64,000 bases of DNA from a bacterium. Its GTDB lineage: Bacteria; UBA8248. A program made the translations under genes and the position numbers. The notes below the pieces were generated by a model. The model had not been told where the DNA came from, searched no databases, and saw nothing but the letters and a program-made list of their open reading frames with translations. Of the stretch, positions 19,856 to 28,192 are shown piece after piece (within the stretch, counting starts at the first letter, position 1; every line of letters begins with the position of its first letter). The stretch spans positions 3,232,001-3,296,000 of the forward strand of contig OZ253442.1 in the NCBI GenBank assembly GCA_965261085.1, in the 5' to 3' direction.

Positions 19856-22800
19856 TCACCAGCGCTTCGTGCCGCGCAGGGTGATTCCGCTTTCGGGTTC
19901 CCCGTCCCCGTCGGGTTCGGTGAGGCTCGCCTCGAGGCTTACTTCGAGCGAGGAGCCGAGCCTGAAGCGCGCGCCCGCGCGCCAGGTATCCCCGCCTTCT
20001 GAGAGCGCCACGCCCGTATAGGGCGTCAGCAGGCCGCGCATGGCGCCCAGCCCGTAGCCCACCTCGGCGTCCAACCGCGCGTCGGGGTCGAAGCTCCCCC
20101 CCGTGAGCGCGCGCTGCGACCAGAGGCGCTCCACCCCGCCCGAGGCCGCGCCCCAGGCGGAACCCACCCGCATCGTGAGTCCCCGGCCTCCTTCGCCGGG
20201 AGAGAGTACGAGCGAGGCGCTCACCCCCCATTCCTCATAATCGCGCTCCTCGTGGGCCAGGAGCCCCCGGGCGCGCACTTCCACCGCGAAGCCCTTCAAA
20301 CCCGCCCAGCGCAGGCCGCCCCCGAGTTCCACGCCGCTTCCCGTCTCCGCGTCGCCTCCGTCATGGCGAAGGCCCACCTCGAGGGAGGGTGTCAGCACGC
20401 CGCTTTCGAGCTTCACCTCGCGCGAGCCCTCAAGCGTCAGGCGCAGGCGCCTCGTGCGCGCATCCGCCGCGGCGAGTCCAGCCGCCGCTTCCGATTCGGT
20501 CCGCACGAAGAGGACGTCGGTCTTCACCGCGAGGTCGTAGCCCCCAACGGAGGCGAGCTTGCCCCGGGCCCCGAACGCCGACATCGCGAGCGAGACGTCC
20601 GTCTCGATACGCTCGTTCGCCTCGTCCGCTTCTCTCGCCGCTATATCGAGCGTCAACCCGCCCTCGCCCAGGCCCAGGACGCCCCAGACCGAGAGGCGCT
20701 CGCTCACCGTGTAGCGCAGGTAGGGGTAGGCGCTCGCGAGCGTCGATTCCACCTCGCCCCCCCGCGCGTCGGCGCCCGTGTAGGAACCCTCCCCGGTGCT
20801 GTAGGCGAGCGCCACGCCCGCGAGGACCCTGCCCCGCTCGTAATCAGCGCCCATCACGCCCGTCGATACGTCTCCTTTGAGCGTGAGCGCGTCCTCCCTG
20901 CCGCTGAAACTCGAGCGCGACCCCCGGGCCCACAGCGACCAGCGCCCATCCCCGCCGTCCGCGGAGGCCAGGTGGAGTGAACTCGCCATCAGCAGCCCGG
21001 CCGTCGATATCTCTTGCGCGGGCGATTCGTCCGCCTCCGCCCGGAGGATATACTTCCTCTCCCTCAAGTCCTGCCCGAGGACGCCGGCCTCCCCGAGCAA
21101 GGCGTCCTCCGCCCGGGGCCAGGAAGCGCCCAGGACCACCTGGTGGCCGCCGATCGTCAACTGCGCCGGACCCGGAGAACTCCCCTCGAAGCGCGCGCCC
21201 ACGGCATCGAGCACCTGTTCCGCGACCGTGCGCCCGAAGCGTGACAACCATGCCCGTTGCAACGGGTCGGAGTTCACGATGGTGCCGATGGCTTTCCTGT
21301 CAGTTATCCGCGCACCCGAGGCGTTGGTGAGCTTCAACTTCATCGTCTCGCTTCCCTCATCGTGCGCATCGTCCAGGACCGGGACCGCCACCGTCCTGGT
21401 GGTCTCCCCGGCGGCAAACGTCAACGTCCCGCTGGTGGCGGTATAGTCTTGCCCGGCAATCGCCGTCCCGTTCCGGGTGAAATAGTCCACCGTCACCGTA
21501 CTCGTCGCGGAGCGGCTCAAGCTCACCACAAAGTCCAGTTGCGCACCTGCGCCTTCCGTCACGGTGGCGTCGGCCACCGAGATCCCCACCGGACCGTGGA
21601 TCGTTGCCGCCAGGGCATTCGAGAGTGGTCGATCATCGTTGGTGCAGATCGCCCCGGAGGCGGTGCAGTTCTTCGTGGCGGGCAATATCACCGTCACCGC
21701 ACCGTTCCCCGAGGGCTGCACCGTCATCGCCCACGTCTGATTACCGCCTTTGGTGGCCCGCTTCGCTTTCGTCACGCCGCCCCCCGTCACGTCGAAGGCG
21801 TCGTCACGGAGCGTCCGATAACTCAAGCCCCTCACGTCTTCACTAAACGTGAGCGTGAACGTAAATGGATGGGAGCCGTCATGCTCAGCCGGCAAATTCG
21901 ACAATGCCGCCGTGAGCGGCGTCGCCGCATGCCGGCTCTGCGCCACCGGACCCGGCACGCTGCGGGCCAGCCCCGTCGACAGCGCCCGCCCGTCCGCCGT
22001 ACAGAGCGCGCCCGCCTCCGTGCAGGCGCGGCCCAGCGGCGTGAGTATCGACACCGGACCGCTCCCGGCCGGCTCCACCGTCAGTTCCCACAGGTCCTTG
22101 CGGCCGTCCACCCGCGCGGCGGCCGTCACCGTCCCGCCGCTCACCGTCAGCGCGTGGTCGCGCATGTCCTGCGGCGTTATCTCCACCTCCGCGCTGAACG
22201 CGATACGGAAGGTGAACGCGCTCGACCCGTCGTGGTTCGACGGCACGTCCTCGAACGCCGCCGTCAGCGGGGTCTTTTCTGTCTCCTGCGCGCCCGTGTT
22301 GGAACAGCTCAAATGCACGTCCTCATCGTGGGTGCAGTTGTTGAGCCCCCAGCCCGCGTGGTAGCAGTGGTGCAGCTTGGTCGCGGGCTTCCCGGTCCAG
22401 TGGTTGGACCCGTCGGCGCACCGCACGTCGTCGAGCCAGATCTTCTGCGACGACGGCGCCACGGGTATGCTTGCTATTCTTGAGTCGCCTCGCTTCACCC
22501 ACTCGCCGGTCGCGTAGCCCATGAACTGGCAGGCTTTCTCCGGCGCGATGTTGCCCGGGTTGTCCAGGCGGTCGTCGCACACCGTGCCCCACTGCCCCTT
22601 GTGGAACACCTCCAGGCGGCCCACGTCCTCGGTGGGGCCGTCAGTCAGGCGCAACTCGCCGTTCACCCCGCTCGCCGGATACTCGTTGCTCGTCAGCGGT
22701 CCCTCCCTGAAGCCCGCGTCATCGGTGAAGCTCACCTTCACCTTGAACGTCTTGCCCGCGTCCGCCTGGACCAGCGTGTAGGTCTTCGACATCGCGCCCG

Positions 22801-24928
22801 CGATGTTCGTCTCGTTCGACCCGTCCACGCGGACCCACTGGTAGGTGAAGCTGGACGGCAACCCGTCAGCGTCCATGATGCCCGAGGTGCCGGCCCTCAG
22901 GGTCTGGCCCACCTGCGCCGCGCCGGAAATCTTCGGCTTGCCCGTCGCCGGGGTGTTGGTGGTGGTGGTGGTGGATTCTGTCAGCTTCAGTTCGACCTCG
23001 TCGCCGCTCGACCAGCTCAGGCCGGAGTTGTTCCAGTACCGGGCCAGCGTGAGCTTCTGATCCGCCTCCTCGAAGGCGAAGGTGTCGGAACCGACGTGAA
23101 GCACCAGGGACCGGCTGCCGGTGGCGATGTTGGGCAAAACCCACAGCTGGAGCTCGCCGCCGGAGCGCACCTGCACCGACGTCACGGCGTAGTCGGTCAT
23201 GGCGTGGGTGAACTCGTCCTCCGTGAGGTGGGCGGCATTCGAGCAATGATTGCCCGTGGAACCGTTCGCGCAGCCACGGTGCCCGTCGTCGAGGTCTTGC
23301 ACCGTCAGGGTCGCGCACCAGACGGCGTCGGCGGGGCACGACGTCTGCGCTCCCGTCGATCCGGTTCCGCTCGGCGACCACGCGCCGTCACCCTCGGGGT
23401 TTCTCGCGAGCACCTGCACCCGGTATTCCGTGCCCGCATCCAGGCTCCCGATGCTCGCGGTCGCCCCGGTCTGGTTCCGGGGACCGTTGGTCCAGCCCGA
23501 CTCCGTGGTCTTCTGGTAGCGCAGGTCGTAGTTCGTTATCCCCGGGCGGCCCGTGTTCGACGGCAGCGTCCAAGTCACATCCAGGCTGGTGGTCGATCCC
23601 GCGGTCGCCGACACCGAGGGCCTGTTCGGCGCCAGCGGCGCCTCGTCCTGGTCCGTGACGTTCAGCGTCACGGTGATCGTGTCGGAACCGCCGTTGCCGT
23701 CCTCGACCTTGACCATCACCAAGTAGCTCGTATTCGCCTCGTAAGAGTATTTTTCCCCGGCCTTGGTCTGAATCTGGCCGTTCGTCCCAATGATCCCGAA
23801 TCTGGCCGCGTCCGTGCCTTCCAGGCTGTAGAGCAGCGTGTCGCCGACATCCGTGTCCGTCGCGGCGATCCGCGCACCGATATTCGCCGCCGTCGAGACC
23901 GCCTCGTCGCCTATCGTCTCGTTGAAGGCCCGCGTCGCGTCGGCGCCCTCCGTGAAGGTCGGATTGGCGTTGGTGGTGGTGGTGGCCGTGCGCGTCACCA
24001 CGACCGTGTAGGTCTTCGTGGTGGTCGTGTCCTCGGCGGTTACCGTCACCGTGATCGTGTTGTCGCCCTCCGAGAGGTTCACCGTGGCCGTGTTCGGCGT
24101 GCTCGTGTCCGTGTCGCCCGTGATCTCCACCGTCGCATTGCTGTCGTTCTTCGTCGCCGTCACCGTGGTCTGCGTGACGGAGTTCGCCACCGTTGCGTTG
24201 TAACCCTCCGTGGCCGGCGCGAATACCGGGCTGAGCGTGACGCCGCTCAGCGCCAGCGCGTTCAGCGTCGCGTCGGTGGAGGTGGTGGTGGTGCCGTCGC
24301 CTACGGTGATGATCATGCCGTCTTCTCTCGGCATGCCGTCGCTTTTTATGGCGCCGAACTCAATGGTACTGCCAAGGGGCGCATCGGCGCCCACGTTGAA
24401 CGTGGCGGTAAGCGTGTGCGGCGACGTGCCGGAGAGAACTTCATAGCGGGTGTCGTGTCCCTTCACGTTGTCCCAGATACCGTCTGGCGGAGGCCCTCCT
24501 CCGCTGAAGGAGATGCAGAATTGTTTCGGCGAGGTGCAATCGTTCGGATCGGTTCCCAGCTTGTCCTGATTGTCCGAGGTGTCGGGCAGGTGGAATCCAG
24601 CGTATTCGTTTTGTGGTTTGGTCCCCGACGCCAGCGTGATCGTGAAGGTATATGTGCTCCCTGCTTCCACTGACGGGTATCCTGTCAGCGTCCAGGTCGC
24701 GCCCGCCGCTGTTTGCGTGATCGACGTCTGCGCCTGGGCCTGAAGGGGCAGGGCCAGGAGCGCGGCGAAGGCCACGAGAAGCACTACCGCAAGGCAGCGC
24801 GCCGCGAGTAAGCGCACGCGCAAACGTCCAGGCCGACCCGGTTCGGCTATCATCAGAGCGTCATCGTTTAGAGCGGCATCGTTTCTTCCGGCTTCAACAC
24901 CCGTATCGAATTTTCCGCGTTTTTGCAT
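19856..24928 (-). CDS. Large multidomain autotransporter adhesin (cadherin-like, FN3, SRCR, Ig-like repeats, Calx-beta, beta-barrel)
   Basis: Start moved to MQKRGKF (GGAGGG RBS; same N-terminus at 26375 and 46061); signal peptide ends AQA/QT; SRCR motif GRLEVFHKGQWGTVCDD...IWLDDVRC...NCTHDEDVHLSC; Calx-beta GTAIAGQDY; barrel ends in terminal Trp. Confidence 0.85.
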   Translation of the reverse strand: MQKRGKFDTGVEAGRNDAALNDDALMIAEPGRPGRLRVRLLAARCLAVVLLVAFAALLALPLQAQAQTSITQTAAGATWTLTGYPSVEAGSTYTFTITLASGTKPQNEYAGFHLPDTSDNQDKLGTDPNDCTSPKQFCISFSGGGPPPDGIWDNVKGHDTRYEVLSGTSPHTLTATFNVGADAPLGSTIEFGAIKSDGMPREDGMIITVGDGTTTTSTDATLNALALSGVTLSPVFAPATEGYNATVANSVTQTTVTATKNDSNATVEITGDTDTSTPNTATVNLSEGDNTITVTVTAEDTTTTKTYTVVVTRTATTTTNANPTFTEGADATRAFNETIGDEAVSTAANIGARIAATDTDVGDTLLYSLEGTDAARFGIIGTNGQIQTKAGEKYSYEANTSYLVMVKVEDGNGGSDTITVTLNVTDQDEAPLAPNRPSVSATAGSTTSLDVTWTLPSNTGRPGITNYDLRYQKTTESGWTNGPRNQTGATASIGSLDAGTEYRVQVLARNPEGDGAWSPSGTGSTGAQTSCPADAVWCATLTVQDLDDGHRGCANGSTGNHCSNAAHLTEDEFTHAMTDYAVTSVQVRSGGELQLWVLPNIATGSRSLVLHVGSDTFAFEEADQKLTLARYWNNSGLSWSSGDEVELKLTESTTTTTNTPATGKPKISGAAQVGQTLRAGTSGIMDADGLPSSFTYQWVRVDGSNETNIAGAMSKTYTLVQADAGKTFKVKVSFTDDAGFREGPLTSNEYPASGVNGELRLTDGPTEDVGRLEVFHKGQWGTVCDDRLDNPGNIAPEKACQFMGYATGEWVKRGDSRIASIPVAPSSQKIWLDDVRCADGSNHWTGKPATKLHHCYHAGWGLNNCTHDEDVHLSCSNTGAQETEKTPLTAAFEDVPSNHDGSSAFTFRIAFSAEVEITPQDMRDHALTVSGGTVTAAARVDGRKDLWELTVEPAGSGPVSILTPLGRACTEAGALCTADGRALSTGLARSVPGPVAQSRHAATPLTAALSNLPAEHDGSHPFTFTLTFSEDVRGLSYRTLRDDAFDVTGGGVTKAKRATKGGNQTWAMTVQPSGNGAVTVILPATKNCTASGAICTNDDRPLSNALAATIHGPVGISVADATVTEGAGAQLDFVVSLSRSATSTVTVDYFTRNGTAIAGQDYTATSGTLTFAAGETTRTVAVPVLDDAHDEGSETMKLKLTNASGARITDRKAIGTIVNSDPLQRAWLSRFGRTVAEQVLDAVGARFEGSSPGPAQLTIGGHQVVLGASWPRAEDALLGEAGVLGQDLRERKYILRAEADESPAQEISTAGLLMASSLHLASADGGDGRWSLWARGSRSSFSGREDALTLKGDVSTGVMGADYERGRVLAGVALAYSTGEGSYTGADARGGEVESTLASAYPYLRYTVSERLSVWGVLGLGEGGLTLDIAAREADEANERIETDVSLAMSAFGARGKLASVGGYDLAVKTDVLFVRTESEAAAGLAAADARTRRLRLTLEGSREVKLESGVLTPSLEVGLRHDGGDAETGSGVELGGGLRWAGLKGFAVEVRARGLLAHEERDYEEWGVSASLVLSPGEGGRGLTMRVGSAWGAASGGVERLWSQRALTGGSFDPDARLDAEVGYGLGAMRGLLTPYTGVALSEGGDTWRAGARFRLGSSLEVSLEASLTEPDGDGEPESGITLRGTKRW

Positions 24929-25410
24929 TCTGAACGACCCTCCGTGCCTGTAAAAAAGAACCTGCCTTTTCCGGTGAACGTATTTGCGCACCCGGCGGCG
25001 GGGCGCCGGGTCGCCGTCTGTCCGTTTCCCTGGGCCGTGGCCTCCTGCGGCCGCCTCGAACCACGCGCGCCGCCGATAGTTGCGATTTAGTAACTGATAA
25101 TTGTTCCAACCGGGGCAATGGGCGCCCCGGCTCAACTCGTTTCTCCTCGCCGGGGGATCCGGAAAATCCCCCAAACACTCACACTCACCGAAAACTCCCC
25201 GTGAACCGCCCAAGGGTTGCTCTACGGAGCGCTGTAAATTATAAGACCCATTTATAGCATAAATTGTGTGAACTTATAGTGAGCATTTGCGCCATTTTAG
25301 TGTTTTTATCGTGTTATTTTGGATAAATTCCGCTGTGGGGCGGCAACTGCGCCGTGTACAAGGGGTTCCAAAACGGTTCGCCGAGGGTGGGACGCAGGGA
25401 CGCCGTCCGC
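24725..25410 (-). repeat. ~685-bp direct repeat copy 1 (promoter cassette + leader + RBS + signal peptide); copy 2 at 26175-26855
   Basis: Near-identical sequence from the AQAQT codons to GGGACGCCGTCCGC in both copies. Confidence 0.92.
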
Positions 25411-25490
25411 CTCACTCTCCCGGAATATGACCGCGTCGGCGGCGAACAGGGCTACGCCGGAACCGGAAAGACCGCGATGCTGAACCGCGC
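25110..25490 (-). promoter_or_regulatory. Conserved expression cassette copy A
   Basis: TATAAT (minus) 25238-25243; half-sites CAC-gataa-aaa-CAC-18bp-CAC-tataa-gtt-CAC in 25267-25316; leader hairpins; relaxase-relic tail. Confidence 0.75.
25354..25490 (+). pseudogene. Fossil fragment of a MOBF (TrwC/TraI-like) relaxase-helicase
   Basis: GRRDAVRLTLPEYDRVGGEQGYAGTGKTAMLNRA matches the helicase motif-I context GQ..AV..IL...DR..GVQGYAGTGKTTML. Confidence 0.7.
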
Positions 25491-26375
25491 CCTTCGTCTT
25501 GCCGTCAGCGTCCGTGATGCCGGTGGTGGCCGCCGTCAGGGTCCGGCCCACCTGCGCCGCGCCGGAGATCGCCGGCTTGCCCGCCGCCTGGGTGTTGGTG
25601 GTGGTCCCGTCAGCAACAACCGTGAATATCCCGGACAAGCCGTAGTATGGCTTAAGATTACCTGAGGGGGCGCCGTTTTGACTGAGTTCAAAACCCGGGT
25701 TTGCTGGAAATCCCTGGTAGACCTGGCCCGTTGCGCCGAGATGAAAAATCCCGGAAATCTCCCCGCTTGGATTACAGCCTTGAAACGTCGAAACGTCCGG
25801 CTAGCATTACCAATGGGCGTGGTCCCGTCCGGGAATTTGGGCGCATTGGAATCCCAGCCCCCGTCGTACAGATCCGCATAGTTGGCCACCTTGTTCCCGT
25901 TGAGCCAGTAGATCGGGGCACTCGTGTCGCTGCCGGCCGTGCTGGTGTTCACGATGGCGCTGGTGCTCGTAGTACACCCGAGGACCTTGAAAATCGAGGA
26001 GTGGCTTTGAATGTCCGTATGGCCGTTGGCCGATACGTCGGTCTGGAGAAACGTGTTGTAGGTCGCGATGTCCGTGGCTGTTGCGTTCCTTGTTCCGGAC
26101 GTGACGACCAGCAGGCGAAACGAGTCACCTACCCCCAGGCCGCTTGGCACCAGGCTCCAGTTCGCCGTCACCGTCGTCTGCGCCTGGGCCTGAGGGGGCA
26201 GGGCCAGGAGCGCGGCGAAGGCCACGAGGAGCACGGCAGCGGCGCGCGCCGCGAGTAAGCGCACGCGCAAACGCCCCGGCCGACCCGGTTCGGCTATCAT
26301 CAGAGCGGCATCCTTTAGAGCGTCATCGTTTCTTCCGGCTTCAACACCCGTCTCGAATTTTCCGCGTTTTTGCAT
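25491..26375 (-). pseudogene. Truncated and frameshifted paralog of the autotransporter (different first passenger domain)
   Basis: Same N-terminus/signal peptide as the 24928 gene; an 8-bp tandem duplication GAAACGTC (25782-25797) shifts the frame; removing it gives a continuous frame to ...YYGLSGIFTV...GKPAISGAAQVG...DADG, then the gene is cut off at cassette A. Confidence 0.85.
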
Positions 26376-26556
26376 TCTGAACGACCCTCCGCGCCTGTAA
26401 AAAAGAACCTGCCTTTTCCGGTAAACGTATTTGCGCACCCGGCGGTGGGTCGCCGGGTCGCCGTCTGTCCGTTTCCCTGGGCCGATGCCTCCTGCGGCCG
26501 CCTCGAACCACGCGCGCCGCCGATAATTGCGACTTAGCAACTGATAATTGTTCCAA

Positions 26557-26855
26557 CCGGGGCAATGAGCGCCCCGGCTCAACTCGTTTCTCCTCGCCGG
26601 GGGATCCGGAAAATCCCCCAAACACTCACACTTACCGAAAACTCCCCGTGAACCGCCCCGTAGTTGCTCTACGGGCGCTGTAAATTATCAGACGCATTAA
26701 AGCATAAAATATGTGAACTTATCGTGAGTATTTCCGCTAATTGCGTGTTATTATCGTGTTATTTTGGACGAATTCCGCCGTGGGGCCGCAACTGCGCCGT
26801 GTACAAGGCGTTCCGAAACGATCCGACGACGGTGGGACGCAGGGACGCCGTCCGC
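26557..26855 (-). promoter_or_regulatory. Conserved expression cassette copy B
   Basis: GATAAT (minus) 26684-26689; CAC-gataa-taa-CAC-18bp-CAC-gataa-gtt-CAC; same leader hairpins as copy A. Confidence 0.75.
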
Positions 26856-26865
26856 AGCGGACGCC

Positions 26866-26946
26866 GCCCCGGTCGAGGAAGGCGACGTGTTGGTGGCGAT
26901 CGAGGCGATGAAGATGGAAACCGTGGTCCGCGCCGAGCGGAGCGGA
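26866..26946 (+). pseudogene. Biotin-carboxyl-carrier (biotinyl domain) fragment
   Basis: PVEEGDVLVAIEAMKMETVVRAERSG contains the EAMKM biotinylation motif. Confidence 0.7.
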
Positions 26947-27139
26947 CGGCGACAAACCGGGGGATGAGGAATGCGCCTCGCGAGCTTAAGCCAAAGGGGT
27001 TCCGAACGCATCGGCGCCCGGCCTTCCTTGAATCTTCTCCAGAGTCATCCGAATCGACCCCCGGCCGGAGCGATTTTTTGAGACCACCCCTATCGAGGCG
27101 AAGGCGCATTTCCCCGCATTTGCGGTGACGGGACGCGGG

Positions 27140-27270
27140 AGAGCGCGTGTATGATGGCGAAGCGCATCGCCGCGTTCGAGAATAAGGAATTTCTGAAAAA
27201 TACGATAAATTCACGGGGTTTTTCGATAAAAAAATAAAGGTTTAACTTATTGATATATATTGAGTTAAGA
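27140..27270 (-). repeat. Integrase-associated AT-rich end element (inverted copy of 41183-41330)
   Basis: rc TAACTCAATATATATCAATAAGTTAAACCTTTATTTTTTTATCGAAAAACCCCGTGAATTTATCG...TTTTTCAGAAATTCC matches 41183-41277; contains an IHF-consensus site TATCAA-N4-TTA. Confidence 0.8.
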
Positions 27271-27297
27271 GCGAAATCGCCTCAGATCGGGGCGGAA

Positions 27298-28173
27298 TCA
27301 GGCGTTGATGGAACTCAGCAGCGCATGCACCGCCGCGTTCAGGGGAGTGGGAATTCTGCGCCTGGCGCCGATTCGAACGACCGCCCCCGTCATGACGTCC
27401 GCCTCTATCCGGCGCCCGGCGCGCCTGTCGGCGAGCATGGAGGTGGTCGCCTCGGGGTCCGCATCCTTTAGGCGTTCGATGGATCGCTCGGCGACGTCAT
27501 CCGCCAGTTTCGCGCCCTCCGCCCTGCCCACTGCGGCGCATTCACGCACGAGCCCGCGGCAAAGCTCGGCGACATCGGGCTCGCGCAGCACGCCCCTGCC
27601 CTTATTCGTCAGCGCAGTTGCGGGGCCTGCGCCGATGTTGTTACACAATTTGGCCCAGGAGGCGGTCGTGAAATCGGAAGTCGGCTTCACCTGAATGTCC
27701 GTGCCCTCATACAGGGAAGCGAGGAGCCGCGCGCCCCGGCCCTCTTCGGGAACGAGCTGGGCGCCTCCCTGCTGCGCCACATGGCCGGGAGCCAGCCTGT
27801 CCGCCGGACAATTCACCACGACCGGAACGATTTCCGCCCCTTTGGCGTACGGCTCCACCCGCTGTTTGTGCTCCACGCCATTTTGCAAAACGGCGATGAT
27901 CGTACCCTCACCCACGAGAGCATCCAGCCAATGAGCGACATCTTGTATCTGGTGCCCCTTCACCGCCAGGAGAACGCAGTCGACGGGTCTTGCTTCGGAG
28001 GGAGCGGTAACGCATTTCACCTGTGATTCGATAACGGAATCGCGTGTTTCCACCACGAGTTTGTCGATGGGCTTTCGCACACACAGCGTAACATCGTGCC
28101 TGCTCGATCGACATAACCGAACCCCGAACACGCTTCCAATGGCCCCGACTCCCAACACGGCTACCTTGCTCAT
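27298..28173 (-). CDS. panE: 2-dehydropantoate 2-reductase (ketopantoate reductase family)
   Basis: GVGAIG, LAVK, LQNGVEH, WAKLCNN, TSMLAD..AGR.IE, IPTPLN. Confidence 0.85.
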   Translation of the reverse strand: MSKVAVLGVGAIGSVFGVRLCRSSRHDVTLCVRKPIDKLVVETRDSVIESQVKCVTAPSEARPVDCVLLAVKGHQIQDVAHWLDALVGEGTIIAVLQNGVEHKQRVEPYAKGAEIVPVVVNCPADRLAPGHVAQQGGAQLVPEEGRGARLLASLYEGTDIQVKPTSDFTTASWAKLCNNIGAGPATALTNKGRGVLREPDVAELCRGLVRECAAVGRAEGAKLADDVAERSIERLKDADPEATTSMLADRRAGRRIEADVMTGAVVRIGARRRIPTPLNAAVHALLSSINA

Positions 28174-28192
28174 CTATCAAGCTCCAGAAAAT

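Noticed and set aside
22601-24673. Long + strand ORF (690 aa) and similar antisense ORFs (4770-6356, 21257-22483, 47396-48838, 56810-58102, 61616-62701)
   Set aside because: Shadow ORFs of high-GC genes on the opposite strand; Arg/Gly-rich with no motifs.
24929-25213. 95-aa N-terminal extension of the autotransporter ORF (and 82 aa in paralog B)
   Set aside because: Covers the conserved leader; the RBS and the homology with the 46061 gene place the start at MQKRGKF.
24725-26855. Diversity-generating retroelement (TR/VR pair)
   Set aside because: No reverse transcriptase in the window; the duplicated region is at the 5' end and the differences do not look adenine-specific.
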